Source of the DNA: Sphyrna mokarran
Taxonomy: Eukaryota
DNA length: 64,000 bases
Direction of reading: 5' to 3'
Assembly (NCBI GenBank): GCA_024679065.1
Contig: JAGIQG010000013.1
Location: 35,154,001 to 35,218,000, forward strand
In this document: piece after piece, positions 36,500-47,900 of the stretch
Position numbering within the stretch: the stretch's first letter is position 1
Layout: each line of letters starts with the position of its first letter
The notes under the pieces: model-generated
Told to the model about the DNA's origin: nothing
Seen by the model: the letters and a program-made list of their open reading frames with translations, nothing else
Databases searched by the model: none
Translations under genes and position numbers: made by a program

Positions 36500-39400
36500 A
36501 TATTGATGAAGTATATAGAATCAGTATATATCCAAAGCCAAACCAATGATAAACGAAAATGGTGTAACCAATGATATTTTTTCCACACAATAATCCCATA
36601 GTTTTGAACCCAGATATACTGCACATTTTCTTGCTACTGCCATATGTTTCAGAGGGTCTGATATACACAAGTTTTCTCATTGGCTATATTGGTGCCTTCC
36701 ATATCCTTTCCTACCCTTGTTACCTGACATAATATTGTTCCCAAAACAATCCATCCATTTCTGGATCAAACTTTGCACTGTTTTTAATGAATAGACATCA
36801 CTACATTGCTCCTTTGCAGAATTGTCATGGGTCTCAGCCTTTTTCTTACCACAAAAAAAAACCTCAGTCCTCCTATTACAGAAGAAACTAGGGACATTCT
36901 TTAAGCTGTATTGACAATCAAGCTTTAACATATTTGATTATTAATTTATCATTTAAGTTCTATGCCTTTGTAGAGATTGCTATACTCCATTGTATTTTTA
37001 TAATGAATAAACTGCTTAAGCTTTACTCCAAGAACCGATTTTACAACTGAGAGGACATAGTGATTCTCCCTCCCACATCTGAGAATCTTTGCTGAATTAA
37101 ATTGCACTGGTTTACTAGCTCCATCTAAAATGCATTTTTATTGCTACCATAACTTTTTCTTGAACAATTAACAGTTATTGAACTCAAGTACTAGAATCTT
37201 GTAAATAAGTGCTGCACTCTCCAACATCAAGCTTGAGGAAGTTCGACTGGTCCAGGATCAAAAAGAGCAAATTCAGAGGCAGTTTCTGTTCGAGCAAACT
37301 TTATAAGCAAAGAAAATCAAAATCTTTTGCTCAATTTTCATCTTATAATTGAAGTACTATGCACAATGCAGAGGCTATGTAACAACAATATGAAGTTGTG
37401 AGATTGGAGGAGGTACGAACCTAATCAGGGCTATGAGCATCCCATTGTCTTGCTGGTTTAGAGTTTCAATCCATCGCTTCTTTGACAGTGATGGAGTGTA
37501 TGGAATACATGGGCTATGCAGAAAAGTCCAAGTGAGTGATCAATTGGCCTTAGCTTCGACTCCATGGTTGACTTACAATCTCTACTGATGGATGTACACA
37601 GATGCACACAAATATGAGTGTACTAGTGTTATCTACCAAAGGCTTGCTCTTGTTCCTGCTCTGCCTAATGCGTATACTGGTCATCCAATCAAATAAAGGA
37701 TCATTGGGCTGAATACTTAGTCTGATGAAGAATCCTGTGATTACATTCAGGGTGAGATATGAGACACCATACAAGAAGTCCAACTGGCAAACAGGGTACA
37801 ACTACATATTTCAGAGGAACCCCAGACCAGACTGTTAAGCTGCTGTTGTTACAATTCATCTGTGCTTTCACTGCAAGAAGACAGCAGATGTAACAAAGCA
37901 CCCAGGTTCACAAATACCAAATAGCCATCATTGGTCATCTGACAAGTAACATCATTCAAGGAAGATAAAGGTATTGTCAGAATTGTATCCAAACTAGTAG
38001 CTGCTGTACACTTACAGCAAAACTGTAACAATAACATGTAAATTAGAACCACTGGATGAAGGACGTAGTGACTTACAATGGATCTATATGTATGAGTCCT
38101 GTATTCTTGGTGGTGCATGGTTCATTATACATGCATTGTGGGTGATAATACAGAAACATATTCCAGAATAGAGTAGAGCCACTTTATCGAGAAAACAGTT
38201 AATTCTATTCTGTTCCGATTGTGGGATTTACGTGAACAAGTCAGGGAACACTTCTGTCAGATCAAATTAATCAATTAATAACCAACTAATTCAAAATTTG
38301 AATTGCATAAAATTATATCAATTCAACATGATAACTGAGAAATCAACTATGCAGAGGGATCCAGACAGGTTGGTTAATCAGTCAGTGCTGGGATAAAAAA
38401 TTTCCAATTATAGAATCTTCCTACTCTATCTTATATCAGACTCCATTCCCATGATACGATACTGTCTTGAGAAGATTATTTGGATCTCTGGCATTCTCCT
38501 TCCCAATCCCACTTTTCTTTCCTCACACAAGTATTTGTACTTGTTTTCTCATACAGTGGAATTTATGATCTTTGAGAGTTTTATCCAATGAAATAGTCAT
38601 TTTTGTTTCAGTGCAAAACATTTTCAGGGTTGATAATTGAATCCCCACCCACACCTTAATTTCACTGTGTACGGCACCATGTCAGACATAATTAAAAATT
38701 CCAGGAATGGTTTAGTAAATGTAAATGGAATTGTTTTAAAACAGAATATGAATTAATGTTTGAAAGTTCTCTGAAGATATGCAAGCTGAGATGAGTCTAA
38801 CTGAGCTTGTAATGATGCACTTTGAACTTGCTTGGGCGCTGGATCTGTTCAGGCCTGCAATCATTTCTTATTGAGCAAGTTTGACTCTTTCAAAGAACGT
38901 TTTCAAAACAAAACAGGCAACTATAATGATTCTTGTTCAAACACAGAATAAAAAGTTGTTTCAAAAAGTGCAAAAACAATGTATAAAAAAAAACTATTCG
39001 TTCTACACAGTTACAGCTTAATCAGGTTTTTGTATCAAAAAATTTCATAAATGAGAAGCATTGGTTGTTCTTACAAAATAATCAACTTGATCCTTATCTA
39101 TATTCGCTGTGAAGAGATGGAATTTCATTGTCCCATATCCTGCATTCGGGTGAAATTGTCTTCATTGTAATCCTGTCACAATGCAGTCTTAACACTGATG
39201 ATCTTCATTGCCCACACAGGGTGTCTTTCCTGGCTTTTCTATTGCACAAGTCATAGTCATTTGACACTTGTCAAGCATTGAATTGCCTGACACAATGTCT
39301 CTGAGTCTTCAGTGCTACAGCTTCTTCTCAGCTTCCATGAACTTTCCACTCCCTTTTGATCGTTTTTATTGGTCAATTATTCTATGCAGTAATTGAACAG

Positions 39401-40010
39401 AAGGTCTTGGTGTAGGGTCCATCCTTCAAGCCATGACTTCTCTGGTTTAGACTTGACTCTTCTTAGACTTATTAACTAAGCACAGGGGGCAGGTAAATGT
39501 CATGAAGCTTAAAAAAAAGCCCTCAATTTTCATCATTACAGCTCAATATTTCTCTCCATGGGACTGCATTTGCGACAGTTCTGTGTTCCTCAGGAGCAAC
39601 AATAATCTTAACATTCAGGAGATCATCTGGCATTTGAATGAGATCATACCTATTACACATGGTGGACTAATGTGACAAGCAGAACTCTCATGCAGTAAAA
39701 ACAGTTGGCAGAAGACTATACATCTACATTAATGTAAAATTAAACATTCCAACTATATCAACTAATTGTGTTGGGAGTAATGGGGAGGATGCCAATTGAG
39801 GCAAACATCTTGGAATAAACGTACCCTCTCTCCCCCAAATCTCACTGCCATGACCCTCAGAATGTACATTCTTCATGTAAGAGGTGGAGGATATTGCTTC
39901 CAAACTTGATTATTTTGGGGGTAAATATTCATCTTTAATTCATTAAAACTTTGACCCCTTAGGTTGAATATCTCATTTTTTTCCAAAATCCTTTTCCTTC
40001 TTTCTTTCCC
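36500..40010 (-). other. Probable long 3' UTR of the IGSF3-like gene
   Basis: About 3.5 kb of AT-rich sequence without recognisable repeats directly after the stop codon. Minus-strand AATAAA candidates at 39365-39370 and 37137-37142 (also 33374-33379 and 31506-31511). The true end is unknown. Confidence 0.45.
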
Positions 40011-40261
40011 TTAACCAAGGCTTCCTGGCCCTATTCTGAAATCTGGTGGTTCAAGGCTTGTTGGAGAATAAGTCACTGCGGGTTCTTTAATCCAGAGCAA
40101 TGGGACGCCATTTTTGCCATCAGATTTCTTCTGCGAATTTAGGGTTTTATAGCGCGTCAGTAAAATTGCAATCAGCAGGATTCCAAAAATTGGAAAGGGG
40201 TAGAAAAATATAAAGTAGAAGAGGGCATCATTCGAACAAATGGCTTCCTGAAGAGAAGAAC
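40011..40261 (-). CDS. IGSF3: IGSF3-like terminal coding exon: TM helix plus cytoplasmic tail (GSSLQEAICSNDALFYFIFFYPFPIFGILLIAILLTRYKTLNSQKKSDGKNGVPLLWIKEPAVTYSPTSLEPPDFRIGPGSLG*)
   Basis: Acceptor tttctttcctgcag|, phase 1, TAA at 40011-40013. Closely matches the recalled human IGSF3 C-terminus (ICSNDALFYFVFFYPFPIFGIL...SDGKNGVPLLWIKEP). Absent from the ORF track. Confidence 0.92.
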
Positions 40262-40810
40262 CTGCAGGAAAGAAATAGCGAAAGATCAGAAACTCACTTT
40301 CTTTTTGTCACATCAGAAAATTTTCTTTGCAGATGCTGACAGAATATTCTGCTTATTTTCAGTATTTTCTGTTTTATTTCAGCATCTAAGGTTTCTTTGT
40401 AAATCTGCTTATAAGAAATCTTTTCACCAGAACTTGTGGATAGATCATGTTCACAAGCTTAGTCTGAGTACCTTTTGCACACTTATGCATAACTTGAGGC
40501 ACAGTTGATTAACATTCAAGGCCTTTCCCACCCAGGCTGTGGGTCACCTATCTCAGATATAGAGAAATCTTCTCTTCCTGGGTGGTTGAGGGAGTGTAAA
40601 CTGATTAACACTGATTGTGTTACTGTAAAAATGCCTGAGAGGGAGTTAACAGTGGGAGCTATTGATTCCGATAGAACTGATGTCATATTTCACTAGAATG
40701 CAGATTTATTTGGATTAGTATTAACACTATTGTGACATCAAATTAAACCTTTAAATTACACACCTTTGTGAAGAGCTGTGCAATATTTTTCTATCATAAA
40801 GTACAATACT

Positions 40811-40986
40811 TTTCTGGCTAAGATCAAGCATCAGATCAAGCTCAAGATGAGGTGCAAGTGCTTTATCTTGTCAACTTGCATCCTGTTTGTCTCTCTTGTG
40901 GGGACCATGAACTGGATTCAATTGGATTTTGAATTTATTTTTTGGAGCAAGCAAGGAATGGATTTGGATTTGCCCAGTGCATTCTG
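40811..40986 (+). pseudogene. Divergent U2 snRNA-derived sequence
   Basis: TGGCTAAGATCAAG (40815-40828) is identical to the U2 5' region. Sm-site-like ATTTTTTGGAGCA at 40937-40949, with collinear weaker similarity in between and downstream. Confidence 0.6.
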
Positions 40987-42360
40987 AATATTAGCTTTGT
41001 AACTTCTAAGGATGGAGTAAAAAAATTTTTTAAAAAAAGTACTACATAAATTATTAGTGCAAAATGTGTACTGTTGCCACACATTAGTCACTCGCTATAA
41101 TTTAACATCATTTTGCACTCAAAGTGTCTTTAACATAGAAAAATGGCACTGAGACAAAGAAAGAAATACCAAAAAGAAATATCAAAACCTTGGTAAAAGA
41201 AGTGGACTTTAAGGACTGTCTTGAAGGCAAAGGTTGTGGGGAGGAGAGGAGGTTTTTGGGAGGTGGTTAGTGGCTAAAGGGAAGTTGCCATTGGTGGGAG
41301 GAAAGTGGGAGGAGGTTGTAGAAATTGGAAGGGACATGACCACAGATATTTGAAGTCAGGAATGTGCATTTTAAATTTGAAGTATTGAGGACTGAAAGTC
41401 AATGTCGGGGAGTGAAGGCAAGATGACGGGTAAGCAGGTATTGGTGTAGGATAGGATATGAGCAGCTAAATTTTTCATGAGCTGAAGATTACTGAGGGTG
41501 AAGAATTAAAAGCTGGCTACGGAATCATTGGAATTGTCAAGTATGAAGACAATAGAGACATGGATGTGTGTTTCAGCAGCTGAGCTGAGGTAGAAGCTAT
41601 GGTTAAGGAAGTGGAATGAATTAAATCTTTGCGAAGAATAATCCTATATCATCCAATGCATTCAATGCTAATGAGTGGATACTTTTCTAACTACAGAAAC
41701 CAAAGAATTTTATCATTCTTCTTATTGATCAGGAGAGTGTGGAGATGCTGATGATTTGGAAGGTTGTGGGGAGGCTGAAAACTTCCTTGAGAAGCCAAGG
41801 CTGAGTGCTCCTGTTCCTCCTGGTCCACAAGAAACGTGAAAGAATCACTTCACTGAGGAAGCTGACAGTTTCAGCCTCGGATCAACTGCAGAGAATCTCA
41901 AGTCTCTCTCTCACACAGTATTACATTGAAGCCTCAATGCTGTAGATGTCAGCAGGCCGTGCTTTCAGTAAGTTCATTAGGCCCCGTAGCCTTTTGCAGG
42001 GTACTCGGCCATGAACTAATTTCTGGAACTTTGTAATTTAAAGGATGAGAATGGGGCCAGGTTGCCTAATTGAGAAATTTTAAGTCCCTCAGCCCATAAC
42101 CATACCCTGTCTCTCCAGGGGCAGGGCTTTAACTCGAGAACTGTATCACTGGAGGCTAAGCAGATTCCAAAATAATCACTCCAGACATCATCCTTATCAA
42201 AAATGTCCAATCACATTCTATCAAAAAAGAATTTCTGTGATGTATAGCTGTAATGATGTAAGTCAATTCCCCTCCCATCCAACCATGCACCATTAAAATA
42301 AAGTTTATTACAAAGTAAACACATTAAAAGACATTGACCAGGAAAATCACAAAGACATTT

Positions 42361-42689
42361 GGGGCAGCAAGGTGGCACAGTTGTTACCACTGCTGCCTCA
42401 CAGTTCCAGGGACCCAGATTCGATTCCAGCCTTGGGTGACTGTGTGGAGTTTACACATTCTCCTTCATCTGTGTGGGCTTCCTCTAGGTGCTGGGGTTTC
42501 CTCCCACAGTCCAAAGATGAACAGGTTAATGGATTGGCCATGTTAGATTGAATAGGTTAAGGTAATTAGTAGGGTAAATACATGGGGTTATGGGAATAGG
42601 GCCTGGATGGGATACTTTGAGAGAGAGTCAGTGCAGACTCCATGGGCCAAGTGGCCTCATTCTGCACTATAGGAATTATATGATTCTAT
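42361..42689 (+). mobile_element. HE1-like V-SINE, CR1-type tail
   Basis: ggggcagcaaggtggcacag head through tctgcactataggaattatatgattcta. Confidence 0.88.
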
Positions 42690-42925
42690 ATCCACTGCAT
42701 TTTCTATTCAGTCAGCTGCTTCCTCAATACCTCTAACCTGTAGACCCAATCCATGCCAGTACCCTTGACCCAATACCACTTTAGTTTCATCTGTGGCCAC
42801 TCTACATCCCGCCACTTACTGCTCCGGGTATTCCCTGCTCACACTCTCTGCAGCCTCTCACTGTTTCCAGAAATAATAAAGAGAAAAAAAACAAGAAATA
42901 GAGGAAGAGTAACAGACACAAGAAT

Positions 42926-43021
42926 AGATTAATAGAGATCAACAGAGAATAGGAGATACAATAACAGATTAATAGAGATAAACCGAGGTAGTAAGGGTTA
43001 CAGGAAAAGATTAATAGAGAT
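42926..43021. repeat. Degenerate minisatellite: AGATTAATAGAGAT x3 at 40-42 bp spacing
   Basis: Copies start at 42926, 42966 and 43008. Confidence 0.7.
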
Positions 43022-43682
43022 GGCAGAATATTAATTTGTATGTTGCAGTAGCATTGTCCTAAAATAACACCGGCTGCTTGTAAAGTGGACACTATGCAGC
43101 AGTGAAGGAGGGATTAGGTAACTAAAGCCCAGAGGGATGCTGGAGGATCAAAACAGATATGAAAAATATGTTAATAAGAAAAACAAATGAGTTGAGGTCC
43201 TGATAACAGTTAAAATATGCATGCAGTGGAGAAAAGAAAGATGGTTGTGAGATACATTAACATCCTTGGTGATGTAGATTTAATTTTATCTGTCTGTGGG
43301 TGAGGTTATCATACGTGTCAAACAGAATACACTTTACTGCTAATTAAATGGATTCCGAAGTTACTGTTTGAGACGGTCCAGATAGAGGCAGGGAGACAAC
43401 TTAGAGTCTACTGATGGTTGTAGATCTCCGTTTTCAAGGTGGTTGGTGTGAGTTTGAAACTTGACAGCAGTCAAGAAATGTTTGGGGTTAGCATTGGTTG
43501 GAGAGGTCTGCAGCCTATAGATTAGCTAGCTGACTGGAGCTTAGAGTCCTGGGTCTTCCTGAGAGAAATGAGCCAAGGCCCAGCTCAATGAACATTTGAA
43601 CCAAAGCCTGGCTGGCCAGTAGTTGGGGACTGAGATTTGGCTGGGCAACAAGAGGAGAAGCAATCCAAACTTGGCATATCGC

Positions 43683-43984
43683 AGAATCATAGAATCCCTA
43701 CAGTGCAGAAGGAGGCCATTTGGCCCATCAAATCTGCACCTAGGGCCCGTCCTCATAATCCCATGCACTTACGCTATCTAGTGTCCTGACACGAAGGGGC
43801 AATTGAGCTTGTCCGATCCACCTAATCCACACATATTTGGACTGTGGCAGGAAACCATAGCATCCGGAGTAAACCCACACAGACATGGGGAGAATGTGCA
43901 CAGATAATGACCCATGTTGGGTATTGAACCTGGGTCCCTGGCACTGTGAGGCAGCTGTGCTCACCACTGTGCCATTGTGCCACC
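43683..43984 (-). mobile_element. HE1-like V-SINE, CR1-type tail
   Basis: Plus strand reads agaatcatagaatccctacagtgcagaaggaggcc...cactgtgccattgtgccacc. Confidence 0.88.
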
Positions 43985-44369
43985 TACAGAGAAGCAAAAT
44001 CTTCATACACTGTTGAAAGCAGGGATGGAGCAAAAATACAAAGCTGAGAGAGACAGAGAGATGCACAAAGTGAGGCTGACTAAGACAAAGGAAGAGAGAA
44101 ATGCATGAGAGCAACAAAAGCATGGAAAGACATTAGGGCAGCTTTTCAAGGGATTCGCCAAGCTTTTTGGGGTTGTCTACATATAGCAGCTTTCCAATGT
44201 GGACACACGTCGCAAGATTCTCTTTCATCCCAGATATTCAGGAAAATTAAAATATTCCATTAGTAGAACCAGTCCAACTTCAACCTCAGATCAACCACCA
44301 CCTATCTAATCCCACCATCACACATTCTCAACCACAAACTGTTACCATATTGAATCTGATTCAAAGAGA

Positions 44370-44829
44370 AACACAATGAAATTTTCTATTCTATTTTATT
44401 TTATTTTTTCCTATTTTCTATCTTTTATTTCTTTATTGTTTTCTTTTTCCCATTCTTTTCCTCTATTTTATCCCCCTTTTCTTACCTTTTCTCCCCCTTT
44501 GCTTCTCCTTTTTTAAATTTTACTCTGGCCCATCCATTTGCCTCCCCCCCAACCCACTCCCCACACCTTCATCTGTCACTCTCATTTTAGCTTCTCTGCC
44601 GTGGGTCATTCACATCCTTTATTCTGTCTATGGCAGCTATTAGCAGTATTTTCCCTGGGTTCCAGGGCCATGGCTCATCTTTTATTTCCTTCCCTGCAAT
44701 ATAAATATCTCCCATTTTCTATGCCTTTTAGCTTTGACAAAGGGTCATCTCGGCTCAAAACATCAGCTCTTTTCTTTCCCTTCAAATGCTGCCAGACCTG
44801 CTGAGATTTTCCTGCATTCTCCCTTTTAG
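44370..44829 (+). mobile_element. Penelope-like 3' end / pLTR (second family) with pyrimidine-rich region
   Basis: Ends with tgacaaagggtcatctcggctcaaaac...atgctgccagacctgctgagattttcc, the same pLTR as 4146-4341. Confidence 0.65.
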
Positions 44830-45345
44830 TAACACAATGACAGCATCATCTCTTGAAAGGTATAATTTGAATCCTGCTTTGTGTACTCCAAGGTCTCTGG
44901 GGATTACTGTGATAGATCTGTACTGTATTTAACATCACTGCTGGGAATATTCTAGATATTTTGTGTTGAAATGTTTAGGTAAGTTATCCACCTATGCATC
45001 TTTTCTTTCTGCCAATGTTTTGAGCTTGTTGCAATAGAACTTCTGCATGGAAAATCTTTATGACACATTATAGATTTTAATATCAAATCCCCATGGATTT
45101 TCATATCAAGAAATATGGAAGCGAGAGAACCTATCCAGCATCAGGCAGCGCAGTAAATGCAATATTAACATACTTTAATATTGCTTTCAATCTAAGAAAA
45201 ACATAGGCATTGTTTGGGTGTATTTTACCTCAGAGATGTGAACAGGGCAGTGAAGGTGAATCTGGTATATGACTTTAGATATGTTAGAATTGGCTCATTG
45301 ATTATGCTATTGCTTCTGAGCTAGAAGGTTCAAGACCCAGCCCAG

Positions 45346-45685
45346 TATTCCCAGCAATGATTTTAAATACAGTACAGATCTACCACAATATTCCCCAGAT
45401 ATCTTTGGGTACACAGAGCAGGATTCAAATGATACCTTTCATGAGGCAATGCTGTCATTGTGTTACCAAAAGGAAAAATGCTGGAAAATCTCAGCAGGTC
45501 TGGCAGCATCTGTAAGAAGAGGAAAGAGCCGACGTTTCGAGTCCAAATGACCCTTTGACAAAACTAAAAGGCACAGAAAGTGGGAGATATTTATACTGCA
45601 GGGGGAGGGAATGAAAGATGAATCATAGCCACAGAAACCAAGGGAAAAGGCTGTTAATGGCTGTCCACAGAGAGAACACAAATAT
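45346..45685 (-). repeat. Inverted duplicate of ~44618-44951 (pLTR plus ~120 bp of flank)
   Basis: The reverse complement aligns along its whole length to 44618-44951, e.g. taacacaatgacagcat versus atgctgtcattgtgtta, and gatctgtactgtattta versus taaatacagtacagatc. Confidence 0.85.
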
Positions 45686-45854
45686 AAACTGACACTTCAG
45701 TGCAGCTCTGAGAGATTGATATTATGTTTGTAGCTCATTTGCAGCCAGCACCACAATATCAGCTAATGCACTGCTCACATGTGGATTGGACAGATACTCA
45801 AGAGCCTTTTAAGTGACTGCAATCCTTTAATTTTTCCCATCAATCTCCAAGGCT

Positions 45855-46090
45855 GGTCAAAATCTGAAAATGCTGGAAAATGTCAGCAGATCTGACTGTG
45901 TGTGTGGAGAGAGAATAGAGTTGACATTTTGAGTCTGCTCAATCCTTCATCAGAGCTGGTGTGACAAAGGGTCATCCAGACCTGAAACATTGGCTCTGTT
46001 CTCTCCCCACAGATGCAATCAGGCCGGCTGAGATTTTCCAATATTTCCTGTTTTTGTTTCAGATTCCAGCATCTGCAATAACTTGCTATT
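45855..46090. mobile_element. Palindromic pLTR-like element, second Penelope family
   Basis: Inverted arms around ~45958. The minus strand has ctgatgaagg...gactcaaaa and the plus strand has tgacaaagggtc-atcca-gacctgaaac. Confidence 0.7.
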
Positions 46091-46130
46091 ATCCGATCAA
46101 AACCTGGCCACCTCCATGAAGTATTCATGA

Positions 46131-46440
46131 AGCGGCACAGTGGTTGGCACTGCTGCCTCACAGTGCCAGGGACCTGGGTCCAATTCTGGCCTCGGGTCAC
46201 TGACTGTGTGGAGTTTGTACATTCTCTCTGTGTCTGCATGAGTTTTCTCCGGGTGCTCTGGTTTTCTCCCACAGACAAAAGATGTGCAGTTTAGATTAAT
46301 TGGCCATGCTAAATTGACTCTTAGTGTCAGGGGGATTAGTAAAGTCAATATGTGGGGTTATGGGAATAGGGCCTAGGTGGGATTGTGGTTGATGCAGATT
46401 CAATGGACCAAATAGCCTCCTTCTGCAATACAGGGAATTC
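46131..46440 (+). mobile_element. HE1-like V-SINE, CR1-type tail
   Basis: gcggcacagtggttggcactgctgcctcacag head plus full core and tail. Confidence 0.88.
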
Positions 46441-46549
46441 CAGGATTCCCTGATGCATCCTGTGCAAAGCTGTGGGAATGCACTTAAATTATTTAATTTA
46501 ATTGATGGTATATGATTTAGGAAAGATCATCATTTTGTCAATAAGTTAC

Positions 46550-46966
46550 CTCTATCTTGTACAGTGACCATGACCAGCCCAGACTCATCTTCGCCAAGTT
46601 TATACCAGATATTGTTGGCATTTTGAATCCATTCCTCCACGTGACAGTAGTAATACCCTGTGTCACTGCTGGCAGAGTTCTGAACCGTCAAACTGTAGAA
46701 TCCATTGGATGGTCTCTCCAACTGCAGCCTCTCCTTCATTCCCTCAGAGCCATCCAGTGAGACATCGAACCCAAACACTGAATTGTGATCAATTTTTAAA
46801 ATTGACTCTCTTTGGTCAGCACCTTCTTTGACCTTCCATGCGAACCAGGATACGGCGAATTGGGAGTCGTCTTGTGTCCGCTGAGTTACATTGCAGCTGA
46901 GTTGAAACACGTCCTTCTCCGGTATGCTAATGTTCAATTCGGTTTTATCCACTTGCATTTTAAATT
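46550..46966 (-). CDS. IGSF3: IGSF3-like EWI-family V-set Ig exon (membrane-proximal domain)
   Basis: Acceptor caaacag| and donor |gtaact; 417 nt, phase 1-1. FQLSC, AVSWF and DTGYYYCHVEEWIQ motifs. Confidence 0.9.
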
Positions 46967-47339
46967 CTGTTTGTGAAATTGAAAACAAAGAAATAACAGG
47001 TTATAACAATTTATTTGTGAAGACTTGAGAATACACACATTTGTCTCTCCATCAAAGAAACTCTTCTATCTGAGGGTCCCAGAACTGGAAGGCAGTGTAG
47101 CTCAGAGAACCACAGTTAGCGTATTGTAGACCTGTCTCTAATCTGCAACTCTTCTGAGCATTGCTTCCTACTGGGAGGCCAGGATCAATAAACTTACTCT
47201 TATATTCACACTATTTCCCTCAGCCAAGGGCTAAAATAAGCCCAATTTCAGACACTTCTGCCAAGGTCAACCCAACAGGAGGAAAGATTGAAAAATGCAG
47301 ACTGTTCCTGCAGACTCTCCTGTGTGTAATTTACTGTAC

Positions 47340-47900
47340 TTGGGATACTCAGATGGGCCTTTTTATTTATATATCTATAATCTAATTTATATACAGCTGG
47401 GAGAACATGCATACTAACATCAGCATTCTTGAAGGAGCCAAGAGCACAAACATCAAGACCATGATCATCAGGAATCAACTTGGCAGGGCTGCCCACGTGT
47501 TTAAGATGTCAAGAGTCCTGGCTGCCAAAATAAATCTTCTTTGTTCAGCTAAAGCCTCCCAAACAAGAGCAGGACAAAGGAAACACTTAAAAGACATCTT
47601 TGAAGGTTTACATCAAGAAATGCAACATAGACACCAATGCCTGGGAGACCTTTGCTCCGAAGAAACATACCTGAAGGATCTTTATGATTGAAGGGAAAAT
47701 TCTTTAAGAACATTTGATAGCAAAAGAAGTCTGATGGAAAAGGAGTCTGATAAAGGACTGCCAGCAACTTGAAGTCCAATGATTAATTCCACCGACTGGA
47801 AACATTTGCCAAGTATACGATTGGAGATCAGATCTAGGATCAGGCTCCTTAGCCATGCAAGGGCATACAGAACCATGACCACTAACATGAGTTTCCTAGG
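47340..47900 (+). mobile_element. RTE-clade LINE 3' fragment
   Basis: TNISILEGAKSTNIKTMIIRNQLGRAAHVFKM...TRAGQRKHLKD, matching RTE QLRWAGHV.RM and GGQRKR.KD motifs. Confidence 0.75.

Noticed and set aside
36498-36680. ORF with an aromatic, hydrophobic stretch resembling an alternative TM exon
   Set aside because: The nearest acceptor gives the wrong phase, there is no cytoplasmic tail, and there is no real homology.
42926-43021. CRISPR-like repeat-spacer pattern
   Set aside because: The repeat is only 14 nt with three copies and low-complexity spacers, there are no cas genes, and it lies in a vertebrate intron.
42802-43092. Hydrophobic 96-aa ORF as the Ig gene's TM exon
   Set aside because: The hydrophobicity comes from low-complexity repeat DNA. 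The real TM exon is 40011-40261.
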